In this document: positions 1-12,570 of the stretch, piece after piece
How the letters are laid out: each line of letters opens with the position of its first letter
How positions within the stretch are numbered: the stretch's first letter is position 1
NCBI GenBank assembly: GCA_951406725.2
Contig: OX597815.1
Coordinates: forward strand, 99,200,001 to 99,264,000
DNA from: Octopus vulgaris
Lineage: Eukaryota
Reading direction: 5' to 3'
Length of the DNA: 64,000 nucleotides
Made by a program: the position numbers and the translations under genes
The notes under the pieces: generated by a model
Databases searched by the model: none
The model's input: the letters and a program-made list of their open reading frames with translations, nothing else
What the model was told of the DNA's origin: nothing

Positions 1-950
1 AGGGCAGTGGGAATGAAGCAACAGGGGGCTTGGACAAGATGCGGTTGAGAGGAAAGTGACTTGGGCTGAGCTGTGGAGAGCCGAGCCTCACCGAATTAAA
101 TTTCTGATACAGGCGGTGTACGATATGCTTGCAGGACCATCAAACCTGCACATATGGGGAATAACAGAGACACCAACATGCGCGTTGTGTTCCAAGCGAG
201 GAACTCTAGAACATATCCTCAGCTGCTACACGGAGGCACTTGTAGAAGGACGGTACCGCTGGAGGTATGACCACGTCCTTAAGATCATCGCTGAAGCCAT
301 TGGCGCGGGGGTTCCGGCCATGCAAGAAAACCATCGCCCTTATCAGAGCTGGAGAACAGTCAACCCCTGCCAGAAAAACATCGGCGAGCATCTTAACATC
401 TGCAGGAGACTGGCAGCTGCTGGTGGATCTTGAGCGTCAGTTGATGTTCCCTGACCACATTGCGGTCACCACTCTGCGACTAGACATTCTGCTTGTGTCT
501 GAGTCCACTAAGCAATTGGTGCTGCTGGAGCTGACTGTCTTATAGGAAGATCGCCTGGAAGAAGCTTTTGAGAGAAAGCTCTCCAAGTATGCGGATCTGG
601 TCAGTGACTGCCAGCAGGCTTGTTAGAGCATGAGGTGTCTTCCAGTGGAGGCTGGATGCAGAGGTTTCGCAGCCCGTTCCCTGACTTGAGCCTTCAGCAG
701 TCTTAGCATCGAGGGAGTGAGAAGAAGGAAGGCCATCCGCAGTATCACCGAAGCAGCAGAGAGGGCCTCAAGATGGTTGTGGATCAAAAGAGAAGAGTCA
801 TGGGGTAGCTAGCTGGCCATCTGGACACAAACTGGGGCCTGATCAGCTCTAGCTGGGTGACCTGGAGGAGGGTGTATTATGTTGAAAGACCCGAAACCCC
901 CAATGATACCAGACACATCAATGCAGATGCGTCCAGATGCATCATGCATT
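1..950 (+). mobile_element. 3' end of a HERO/R2-group RLE non-LTR retrotransposon (frameshifted relic) plus 3' UTR
   Basis: ORF pieces give CALCSKRGTLEHILSC (zinc-knuckle-like), RYRWRYDHVL (RHD-like) and LRLDILLVSESTKQLVLLELTV...KLSKYADL (PD-(D/E)xK endonuclease), ending RWLWIKREESWGS* at 810-812. Locally GC-rich; followed by (TA)n/(TG)n. Confidence 0.85.
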
Positions 951-968
951 GATGTATGTACACAATAA

Positions 969-1080
<112 letters not shown>

Positions 1081-1158
1081 TATGTATATAAATATATATA
1101 TATATATCGTAATGCTTTTCCATTGTCATACCTATATGATTTCTCATCTTTAATTTGA

Positions 1159-1201
<43 letters not shown>

Positions 1202-1291
1202 GAGCGAGAAAGGGTGAGACATATAGTGTGTGTATATCTATGTACATGTATGCATTCGCCGCACATATGTATATATATATGTATATATATA

Positions 1292-1329
<38 letters not shown>

Positions 1330-1859
1330 AACACACATATATGCATTGCGTGTATGTGCGCGTGTGCTGTAAAGTTCAGTGTGAATGTGTTATTTTTTTA
1401 TTTGTACATGTGAGTGTACAAATACGTGTGCATCTTTGTATGATTGTTTGTGTGTGCGCGTGAGTAAGTACGCGCGCCCGCATACATGAATCTGTGTGTG
1501 TCCGTCCGCAGAGCCAAGGTCGATTTGAGCCATTGACTGGAAGCTATTGTTAAGAGATGAATCAGAGGTCGGTATGTGCCAACTCTGACACTTGCTGCAA
1601 CAATAGCCATACAGGGGTGACGGCAAGTGTCTTGATAGAGCTGGCAGCTCGCTGTTATTGAATATTGAAGCACCAGACGTAGGCGGGCTTGTCATGGCTT
1701 ATTTCAGGGTTATCTTTATTTATATGTTGCTATCTTTAATATTGAACATTTAATGAAACAGGTAACTGAGACATATAATATAATGACACTAATAGTAATA
1801 ACAACAAAACAACTATTTCACTGCCCTTAGTTAATATTGGTATTATTGTTATCATAATA

Positions 1860-3080
1860 GAAGGGGACGAGCTGGAAGAATAGTTAGCACGCCGGGCAAA
1901 ATGCTTGGTGGTATTTCGCCTGTCGCTCTGATCTGAGTTCAAATTCAGCCGAGGTCGACTTAACCTTCCGTCCTTGCGGGGTCGGTAAAATAAGTACCAG
2001 TTCAACAATGGGGTCGATGAAATCGACTCATCTCCTCCCCAAAATGTTTGCTCTTGTGGCAAAATTTTAAAGCATTATTATTATCATTATAGAAGGCGGT
2101 GAGCTAGTACGCTGGACGAAATGCTTTGTGATATTTCGTCTATCCACGTTCTGAGTTCCAATTTCGCCGAGGTCGACTTTGCCTGTCATCCTTTCGGAGT
2201 CGATAAATTAAGCACCAGTGAAATCGACCAACCACCCTTCCTCAAAATTCAAGGTTTTTGTGCTTAAAGTAGGAACAATTTTTATTATTATTATCATTGT
2301 GAATTGGTCGAATCACACCGCGCAAAATGCTTATCGGTATTTCGTCCGTCTTTACGTTCTGAGTACAAATGCCGTCGAGATCGATTTTGTTTTTCATCCC
2401 TTTCGGAGGTCATAAAATAAATATCAGTTGAACCCTGGGATCAATGTAATCGACTTCACCCCTTCCCCCCAAAGTGTTTGTCTTGTGCCAAAATTTAAAA
2501 CCAATATTTAATTATGACTCTTTACGTTCTGATTTCAAATCCTGCTGTTGTTAATTTTGACTTCCACCTTTCTTGAGTTGATATATATAAAGTATCTGTG
2601 AAGTACTTGTATCAACTTAAACAACAAACCCTCGCCCATAAGATTTTGACCTTGCACCCATGAAAGAAATAACAATTGAAGATGCATAGCCTAGTGGTTA
2701 AGTTGTCGGACGCACAACCATAAGGTCGCAGGTTCGTTAAGGCATTGCGTTCGCAAGGAATTCATTTATTACTGCCCTGTTCATTCAGCTGGTAATGAGC
2801 GTCATCCACTGAGGATTGGCTCCTTATAGGCTATAAGTCCGGGACCTTGCTCCTATGTTATAAAGAAGGATGGTAGATTATTAGAATCGATAAAGCATCA
2901 GAGAAAGTACCTTGCAGTATTTGACCCAGGTTTTTATGTTCTGAGTTCAAATTTCGCTGATGTCACTTTCCCTTTCATTTTCTGGCCTCGACAAACTAAT
3001 ACCAGAAAAATGCTGGCGTCTGTGTAATTGATTAATACTCTCCCTCAAAATTATCGAACGTGTGACTAAATTAGAAATTA
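1860..3080 (+). mobile_element. Cluster of ~5 tRNA-derived SINE-A copies of varying decay (approx. 1860-2075, 2092-2280, 2300-2505, 2520-2670, 2865-3080)
   Basis: Repeated motif gttctgagttcaaattccgccgaggtcgactttgcctttcatcctttcggggtcgataaaataagtaccag, with B-box-like GAGTTCAAAT and (ATT)n tails. Confidence 0.85.
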
Positions 3081-3263
3081 TTAAATAAATTTATTTATTT
3101 ATCTGTCTATTTTAAAGTGGTGCAATGGCAGAATAATCACGGTGAAGGACAAAATCCTTATACACACGCGCGCGCGCACGAACACCACGCATACACAAAT
3201 GTATAGCATGTGTATGGAAAGAGAGAGAGAGTTAGGTAAAGACAGGCAGACATTTAGACGGAC

Positions 3264-3332
<69 letters not shown>

Positions 3333-4981
3333 TTTCAAACAGTAACAACACGATGATGAAATAGGACAATTAAAACATGATGGATCACAGCAGCAATAAG
3401 ACCACCGACAATAAGATGGAACATTTAAACGAAGTAAAAATTAAAATAACATAAACCCTATTCAAGTCAAAGCAAAACATTAGAAACATTTTAATCTTCC
3501 TGTTAAAAATATATTAAGAAAAATAATTTAAATAATCCCTAGCCAACAATAAATGGCTGTTCGATAATTAATCGTGGAAGTCTGATCAATTTACCTGTAA
3601 ACACTGTTAATTAGTGATCGATTCACTAATTAACCCACATCCATCCATAAAAGTGCCGCTTCAGATTAATTCGAAACACTTTTGATGAGGATAGAGTAAC
3701 ATTATTGCTTGGATATCGGAAGTTTGATAAGGTTTCCCGGTAGAAGGTGTTGTTGAATATGTGTGATGGTCCATGTGCACGTGTGCGTGCATGTGTGCGT
3801 GTGTGTGTGTGTGTGTTTGTTTATTTGTGGATGTGTGAGAAAATGTTCGCGTAAACAGGTATTTTATATATGCATATTTTGTATGTTTAAAGTGTGTGTT
3901 ACGTGCGAGTATCCATATACATGTTTGAGTGTATCGTTGTAAATATGCATTTTGCACATGCGTATATGTATGTTTGCCTGAGATTTAGTGATAGTGTACG
4001 ACGATTATGTTGTATACATAAGTATATAGATATGTATGCCTCATTTTATGAACGATAAACTAGTAGATATTTAGCCTAAAAGGTTAATTATACTAAAGCA
4101 TCTCTTTCCAAACTTATACCAACATATCTGCTTCCAAAACTGGCATTTTATCTGTTGCATCTAAGGCTGTAAAACTTAGACATTATAATTAAAATACGTT
4201 AAATAACAGTATTGCTCTCAGCGAAAGTGTCTTCGATAAATTTTGCACATGACTTAGAGATAGAAAGAGACTCTGTAACTGATATTAAAGTTTGAGAGTT
4301 AGTGAATCTTGTAAGCGTAGAAGCTCTTTTGCGCTGTTGCAGATATGGGGAAAATACGTTAAATAACATCTAAGTAAGAAGCACATGGAAGGTTGAGAGA
4401 AGGCTGCAATTGAAGGCAGCATCGTAGGGGGAAATATATTTAATGTGCCCAAGCAATTTGAAGAGAATTGCGTTAAAAGACAAAACTGAAATTAGTCGCA
4501 AGAAAGGAAAATACAATAGATACTGGAAATATGCTCAAACTTGCAGTTAAATTTGTCTGTCTGAATCTAGTTGCATGAACCAAGCAAGTTGATTTCAGAT
4601 TATTACTGCATAAAACAAAACAAGTCAGCTTTTCATAGTCGTTTTCTTGTTTGTCTAAAGAGAAAAATATCTGTATAGGATATGATTCTGCATTACATTT
4701 AACTAACAAGAGAGCTTTTTGCAGCACTAGTGGTAATTGTTGGGGTAAAAAGTCATTTTTCACAAGCAATCCAGGATATATAAATGCGTGCGTATATGTG
4801 TGTGCGTCTGTCTGTCTGTGTATGGATGTGTGTGTGTGTGTGTGTGCGAGTAGGTGTGCGTGTGTGTGTATGTGTCTTAATATATCATTTTTACACGAAG
4901 GGTTACAATGACTTCGAAATCATTGTAACTTAAGTATTGAATTGTGCATGTGTACATGTACATATGCTTGAAATACATAAC

Positions 4982-5019
<38 letters not shown>

Positions 5020-5488
5020 TTTAAGGAGTATGGAAGCATTACCTTGAAGCAGTAACTTCCACATATTTCACGATCATGGTTCCCTTGTATTCACATTCAT
5101 TTGCCTACGAAACCCTTACCTTTGAAAGGTCTCTATACACAGCTTGCCGATATTATTACCTAACAACAAATTCGCTATCACCTTTCGTCCGTCAACTAGA
5201 ATATATGTGTAACCGAATAAAAACATGTAACTGAGAAGTTATACATTTCATAGAGAGGCTTTTTGAACACAGGACTAACTTTAAAGACTCTGGCTGGGAA
5301 GCGCCGATTTGAAGAGTTTGGATGTATGTCGTGTTCATCTGAAGTGACCTCAAATGACATACATTACACATCTAACAGATTATGTATGTGTAATTTTATA
5401 AATTCTTAAATAAATATCAATGCTCTCTACATTTACAATGTATTGAGCCTTACACTGTAAACTTCTTGCTTCCTTCTTCGATAATTTG

Positions 5489-5515
<27 letters not shown>

Positions 5516-5519
<4 letters not shown>

Positions 5520-5980
5520 TTAAAATTTAATAAGGGTAGAAATTGATATTAATCAATTTAAACCAGTGGCCCAGCATATTAAAAAAATCCGAACATTAAA
5601 ATATTTTTACATACAAAATTTAAAGGACTGACCACTAAAAGTGGACGGTCAACATGCTAGATATAGACGTCAAATCGCTATTTTCCACAAAGAATATGTT
5701 CTCAAATAAAAACTCAGCACAAACCAAAGCATTAAAAATAATCAAGACAAATGAAAATATACGAAATAAAAATGATTACCCATGTACCTATCAGTTTCGA
5801 TTGTTAATATCCGCAAGGATAAACTGCAATCTCGTCAGCATGGTCTGTCATATAGAAATACAATTTGCAGAACTAGATGCACAAACGTTTGACCGGAGTC
5901 TCGTATACATGGAGTTCAACCGATTATATTTTTGTGTATCTTTCAAATGCCTTCACTTTGGCTTATTAAATTTTAAATTA
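5516..5980 (-). mobile_element. Hammerhead-bearing short element (Penelope pLTR- or retrozyme-like), family H2, next to (TA)n
   Basis: Homologous to 24090-24460. Has an 18-bp inverted repeat at its ends (5517-5534 / 5962-5979) and a hammerhead fold at 5778-5845. Confidence 0.7.
5778..5845 (-). ncRNA. Type I hammerhead ribozyme (predicted)
   Basis: Minus strand reads GACCATG-CTGACGA-GATTG(cagtt TATCC ttgc GGATA ttaa)CAATC-GAAA-CTGATAGGTA-CATGG. Stem I CCATG/CATGG, intact core, 5-bp stem II, GUA cleavage triplet. Confidence 0.8.
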
Positions 5981-6060
5981 AATAAATATGTTCTCTAACC
6001 GGTAAATTGACTGCTGCTACTTATTAGCTGCAGGGTAATTTTTTCCGATCTCAGCGCGCC

Positions 6061-6301
6061 AAAATGTAGAATTAGATTATTACCCTGCTTCCAGCTACAG
6101 GATTTGAAAAATAGAGCAGATTTTTCCTCTTATGTTTTGATTTAGTGGGGATTTTTGGAAAACAAGGGGGAATTTGCGGCGGTGTTCAGTGAACAAATTA
6201 AACACACTATTCGGCAGTAGCTAAAATGCGAACCGATCAAGTTTATGTATAGATTTTCTTTTTATATGTTTGTTTCCTTTTACACAATATTAAAATAACG
6301 C

Positions 6302-6366
<65 letters not shown>

Positions 6367-6985
6367 ACACACTTTGGCTTGAGAATTACCAAAACATAGA
6401 TCACTGGATCGGCCCGATAAATTATATATACAGTGATTGCGAGCACTTCAGTCATATTATATTAAAGAATACTCTACATTTAAGAATTGAATTGTAATTT
6501 GTGTCTGTTTTTCGGTGAATAAATAAAGAAATCATGTTGCTCACACCGCTGGATTGAACTGTGCAGCCCAAGTGTCGAAGCAATGATTATATACGTCAGG
6601 CATCTGATGATAGTGAGAATACATGTTTGGTGTGCCGTTGCTTTGAATCTTTTATACCTACATATATGTATATAACAGGTCCTTGAATGCAGCGGCACCT
6701 CGTAGATAAAATTAGTGGGGCTGCTGCTTCAGAAACTTTTTAGGCGTTATTTTAATATTGTGTAAAAGGAAACAAACATATAAAAAAAAGATTTATACAT
6801 AAACTTGATCGGTTCGCATTTTAGCTACTGCCGAATAGTGTGTTTAATTTGTTCACTGAACACCGCTGCAAATTCCCCCTTGTTTTCCAAAAATCCCCAC
6901 TAAATCAAAACATAAAGGGAAAAAATCTGCTCTATTTTTCAAATCCTGTAGCTGGAAGCAGGGTAATAATCTAATTCTACATTTT
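6061..6985. repeat. ~245-bp near-perfect inverted repeat (6061-6306 / ~6740-6985) around a ~430-bp spacer containing (TA)n
   Basis: aaaatgtagaattagattattaccctgc...aataacgcctaa is reverse-complemented as ttaggcgttatt...aatctaattctacatttt with few mismatches. Confidence 0.9.
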
Positions 6986-7399
6986 ATCACATTCAAGAAT
7001 ATAAACACACGTTTTTAAGCACAACACACATGGAGTAAAAAAGAAGCACTATTTTTCAATAGCACACCAGGGTTGTCACTGCGTGAACGACAGTGCACTC
7101 TCTCCCAAGCGTGAAGCTTCCAAATCTCGGACATGTGAGCATGCGCACAACAGCCAAACACCGCACTGCTGGAACTGTGAAGCTCACAGTTTTATACAAG
7201 GATTTTGTTTTTGTTTTTTTTCATAAACTAGGGTATGGCTACTGACATTATGCTTAAGGATTATATAATGTACAATTATAAAGAAAGAATTAAAAAAAAG
7301 GACTCATTATATTGAATGTTTTCTATAATATCGAGTGGAAATAGTGTTGCAGTTCCGCAGTGCCTATACCCGAGCTGCCACTGCTTGAACAACAAAGTG

Positions 7400-7695
7400 A
7401 AGTTGTTGGAATCTGGTTAATCTTGACTCGAAAGGATTTCTGCTGGAAGGCCATATATATGGCAGAAAAATTACAATCCTTGCTATATCTCTGAAAAGAG
7501 TAAGAATTGGTTATCGGAGGATTTATACGATTTTCAGAGACCAAATTTCTGTCGTCCTAATTCCTTCGATGTTAACTCCTATTGATTACTATGTGTGCAA
7601 CGCGGTTGAGCAAGATACCAACCGCTCTCTTTATCTCTATCGCTCTCTATCTCTATTTCTATCTCTGTCTTTCTCTCTATCTCTTTCCTTCTCTC

Positions 7696-7727
<32 letters not shown>

Positions 7728-8005
7728 CTTCTTTTCTCTCTCTGTAATACCAAAGCTGGGCTGGCGACCAATTTCATAGCAATGTCTGAAGATCCTCCCA
7801 GCGACACAGCGAGGAACACATGCACCAAGGTTGGTTTGGAGCTGTTTTGAGGCCGTGTTGGGAGCTGAGGACGGATGCTTTGTGGAACATATCTCCCAGC
7901 CATAATCTAGTTGATATTTTTGGATTTTTCTTTTAAATATTTTTTCTTCGGGATGGGGTATATGTTTTCTTTTCCTTCAGGCAAGCTGTCAAATTTAACC
8001 TGTAT
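7400..8005 (+). pseudogene. Decayed Tc1/mariner (maT/DD37D-like) transposase C-terminus, interrupted by (CT)n
   Basis: Reads GRPYIWQKNYNPCYISEKSKNWLSEDLYDF..RPNSFDVN/PIDYYVCNAVEQDTNRS..CNTKA, matching the QQDSAP...WPPNSPDLNPLDYYVW region. Confidence 0.65.
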
Positions 8006-8200
8006 ACACTATATATACATACAATATTTGATATGTACATATATACACAAGGGTACTACATGACTACCTATATCGCTAAAAAATAGAAGTCGAAAAACAC
8101 TTCTGTACCACTGAATAGTCGGAAATCTATTACAGACATGATAGGAAAAAATATCAGTGAACAATAATGTCTTACCTCTACTGGGTTAGAACAAGTAAAT

Positions 8201-8276
8201 GCTGGTCAACCTGGTACCGATTTCGAGATTTAGTGCCAAATAGGTGCCCGATTTCTCATCAGCCAAAGTCTGCCAG
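8201..8276 (-). ncRNA. Type I hammerhead-like motif within a ~310-bp insert (approx. 8045-8360) between TA-rich tracts
   Basis: Minus strand reads CTGGCAGACTTTGG-CTGATGA-GAAATC...AAATCTC-GAAA-TCGGTA-CCAGGTTGACCAG. Core intact, extended stem I, imperfect stem II. Confidence 0.65.
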
Positions 8277-8358
8277 TTAAATTACTACTAACATTCTCCC
8301 CCACCATGCCTGCAAAAGTTCGTTTGAAGTGATCAAGCACTGGTATTTAATACTATCA

Positions 8359-8418
<60 letters not shown>

Positions 8419-8436
8419 GATAGATAGATAGTTAGT

Positions 8437-8502
<66 letters not shown>

Positions 8503-8507
8503 TAAAT

Positions 8508-8546
<39 letters not shown>

Positions 8547-8894
8547 TATATGTATATACGTACACACACACATACACAAATATATATACATATATATATA
8601 TACATGCATTCATGCATATATATATACACTCACAAACACAAACATGAAGATAGACTGAGAGAGAGAGGGTGGGGGTAATCAACGTCTATCGTCTATATCT
8701 CAAGTTAAATGTTTTGGAAAAAAGAACGAAATTCAAAATGAAAAGAATGTATGACACTTGATAATTACGGCCAGAATATACAATAGTTTTTATTGTTGTT
8801 GATGTTGTTGTTGTGTCTATATGTCTGTGTCTGTTCACTTCGTTCAGCGTCTCGTCCCACATCTCCCACCTTCAATGACGCCAATCAACTTTGA

Positions 8895-9285
8895 AAATCA
8901 CCATCGGCGCCGTAGCCAGCGTTCACGTTATCATCATCATATTCATCACCGTGCCCATTACTGCAAACACCACTACTACTACTGCTACTACCACCACCAC
9001 CACCACCACCACCACAACCACCACAACCCCGACCACTGTCACTACTACTACCACTACCACCAACACCACCACTACCACTACTACTACTACTCGTCGTCGC
9101 TGACATCACCTCATAGTCGTCGTCATCATCATCATAGTTTTCGTCGTCGTCGTTGTCGTCATCGTCGTCACCATTGTAGCCAACATCATCATTATCATTG
9201 TTGTCGACGGCGGGGTTGTCGTCAGCATCAACATCATCATCATTATCATCGTCACACTCACCAGTATGGCTAACATCATTATTCT
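8895..9285. repeat. Mosaic trinucleotide repeat (CAT/CAC/TAC/CGT)
   Basis: In-phase blocks of related triplets; explains the His-, Thr- and Asp-rich pseudo-ORFs. Confidence 0.9.
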
Positions 9286-9324
9286 CATCAGAATCGCAAA
9301 CAGAGATGGTAACATGACAACTTT

Positions 9325-9540
9325 CGTAAATTCTAGACGACATACGCCGAGCAAAATACTTAGCGGCATTTCGTCCGACTTCACGTTCTGAGTTCAAATT
9401 CCGCTGAGGCCAATTTTGCCTTTCATCCTTTTGGAGTCGATAAACTAAGTACCAGTGAAACACTGGTGTCGATGTAATCGACTTGTCCCCTTCCCGCTAA
9501 AATTTCAGGCCTTTGGCCTATTGTAGAAAGGATTATTATT
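9325..9540 (+). mobile_element. SINE-A copy
   Basis: ttagcggcatttcgtccg...gttctgagttcaaattcc...gtaccag...ggattattatt tail. Confidence 0.85.
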
Positions 9541-9544
9541 TCTT

Positions 9545-10530
9545 TTTATCATAGGTTTTGTTGGAACTCCCGGAGTCTTGCATGCGTAACGGGCTTGCTG
9601 CCTGCAGCCTACGGTACCATCATATCCGTTCTTTTCAACTATCTAATACTTTTCTGATTATTTTCGCCGTGCCAAGGAGACAATCCTTGTGTAACAGTTC
9701 TACTGGGCACTCTATTCCGATTTCCTTTATCTTCCTCTTGACGCCTTTTGATAATGTCTCAGCAATAATTGGTATTATCTTCACCTTCTTCATTTTCCAT
9801 AGCCGGACTATTTTGTAGTTCAGTGGTTTGTATTTATCTACTTTTCGCCTTCTCTCTCGACTATTCGTGGGTCAAAGGGGCACACAACATCAACTATATA
9901 GCATATGTGGTGTATCTTGTCCACCACCATTAAGTCTAGTCTGATATGCCCTAGCACCTGATCTGTTTGGATTGGGAAATCCCAGAGGATTTTGCTAGTC
10001 TCTAACTCCACCACTCTCTATGGTTTGTGCTCATACCACGTCTCGCCTCTCTCTCTAGCCCCCACTTTTCGCACAGTTTCCAATGTAGCAATTTCGCTAC
10101 CTGGTCGTGTCGCCACAACTTGTAGTGGTTTGGGGCAAGTCTGTGGCATTCATTCGTGATATAGGCAATGGTTTCGTCCACTCTATTACAGATGAGGCAC
10201 AACAGAGACACTTGCTCATTCTGAAAGTTGACCCTCCAGTACATGACCAAAGCACGGTCTTGCCCTGCCAGTATAGTGCTCTCAATCTCTTTTTCAATGT
10301 TCTCTTCTTCAGTCAATCCCACTTACGTTTTCAAGGAACTTCTGTTGTGGCTACATGGAATTGATTGTGTAGTCTCTTGTTGCGTAATGCTTCTTCATGT
10401 CTTTTTTGTACTTATCCCTTTGATTTTTCCCTTCTTTCAATACTCCCTCGTTCCTAACTGACACTAGCAAGGTTTTATTAAACTCTTGAGTTCGTTATGT
10501 ACGCAGTCTTCCACATTTACCAGTCTTATT
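9545..10530 (-). mobile_element. Decayed R4/Dong-like RLE-LINE 3' fragment
   Basis: KEIESTILAGQDRAL...CLICNRVDETIAYITNEC...RHDQVAKLLHWKLCEKWG, homologous to the 39.6-41.1 kb ORF. ILWDFPIQTD and RPD-like segments lie downstream on the minus strand. Confidence 0.8.
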
Positions 10531-11041
10531 TTGCCTAGTGATTGTAACGAAAGAGGTTGTTTGGTGACCAAGGCTGAACTGTACGAGGACAGATACATTC
10601 TTCTTTAGTAGAGCTCTCATTAACTTTTTCAAGTTACACTTGGAAAGGAAAATGAGAGTGGAGAAAGAAGTGCTGTCCTCGAGTGACTTTATTCAAAGGT
10701 GTTTGAAAGTTGCGAAAATGGGAAGAGTAGAGAAGGAATAGGAGAGGGCACTTGCTCCTGGGATTTCAGGGAAATCTCAGACAGTGTGGTTCCTCGATTA
10801 TCCCTAGAAGCGTTCCTATATCAGGAGGACCACATCTCTATCATCTTCCGCGCCCCTTTTTTTAAACCATTGTATGCTATGCATATATACCTTCTTTCTC
10901 AGTGTATACCGTGTATACTTACTTTCTTTCTTTCATTCATTTTTTTCAATCATTTCATTATATGTAAACACCCATACTTTATGTCTATCTCTGTACTTTC
11001 CACCACCCCATCCTTCGCCCTTGTGGCAAAAAGATGAAATC

Positions 11042-11307
<266 letters not shown>

Positions 11308-11803
11308 TTGGCCAAGGCTGACTTTGCCTTTCATCCTTTCAGATTTCATAAAGTAAATACCAGTTGAGCAGCGGAGTCTATGTAATGGACTTATGCTACT
11401 CTCAAAATTGTTGGCCTGGTGACAGAAATATAAATGAAATGTAAAGAAAAAAATTAACGTTAAAAACCTGTTATTATTATCATTGTTGTTGTTGTTGAAC
11501 GATAAATCATGATTTGTAATGTTATGAGGATTTGTTGCATTTATTGCAGAGAGTGTTCGTTTAAATTATTGACTTTGCCCCTTAACGCTCTTGTTCTGTG
11601 TTGCATGGAACTGGCTTATGGCGCAGTACACCAATGGTCTACTTCCTGTGGCCCTTTTTTAGAGTTACACTTCCTTTCTTCAGTTTTCGAAAATATTCAT
11701 TTAAGACACACACATACCACCACCACCACCGCATCATACACACCACACACATACACACATCAATATGCGTGTATGTCCATGCATGTATGTATTTACGTTT
11801 GTG

Positions 11804-11840
<37 letters not shown>

Positions 11841-11998
11841 ATGTGTGTGTGTGTGTATGTGTGTGTGTGTGTATGTGCGTATGTGTGTGTGTGTGTATGT
11901 ATGTGCGTGTGTGTGCGTGCGTGTGTGTGTGTGTGCGTGCGTGTGTGTATGCGTGCGTGTGTGTATGTGTGTGTGTGTATGTATGTGCGTGTGTGTGC

Positions 11999-12068
<70 letters not shown>

Positions 12069-12455
12069 GTGTGCGCGCGTGTGTGTTACTCTGGTGTTTC
12101 TTGTCTATTCAAACAACAAAGACGGCGAAGGAAGAGCGAATAGAAGAGAAATGTGAAGGTACAAAGTCAACACTTGTCCTTCATTAAACATGTAACAGAC
12201 AAATAGGAAGAAAAAGTACGATATTTGTCCACTTACAGCAGCGACAGCGACGTTCTTACTGTCAAGCCCAACACTGCCGTCGTCAGCAATAGTAATGCTA
12301 GCGATATTGGTGATAGAAGCAGCAACGATGTCATCGAAAAGACAAAGCTTACAGTAGCTTGGCGTCTTCAAAAAAGTGACACTTCCATTCATACAAGATA
12401 CATTGCCAATGTATCTGACGCTAGCAATGGTGTTAGGGACAACAGCAGCAGTTAT

Positions 12456-12570
12456 GGAGGCGCAATGGCCCAGTGGTTAGGGCAGCGGACTCGCGGTCGT
12501 AAGAACGCGGCTTCGATTCCCATACCGGGCATTGTGAGTGTTTATTGAGCAAAAATACCTAAGCTCCACG
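12456..12570 (+). mobile_element. tRNA(Arg)-like SINE head (SINE-C, 5' part)
   Basis: ggaggcgcaatggcccagtggttagggcagcggactcgcggtcgtaagaacgcggcttcgattccc has an A box and a B box. It continues into non-tRNA sequence, so it is not a real tRNA. Confidence 0.65.

Noticed and set aside
868-905. Hammerhead-like gggtgt...gacccgaaacccc in the HERO 3' UTR
   Set aside because: No CUGANGA core or stem I in the correct topology.
8821-9463. His-, Thr- and Asp/Gly-rich ORFs
   Set aside because: Mosaic trinucleotide repeat running into a SINE; no splice or domain evidence.
12456-12530. Apparent tRNA-Arg gene
   Set aside because: Acceptor stem does not close and there is no terminator; better explained as a SINE head.
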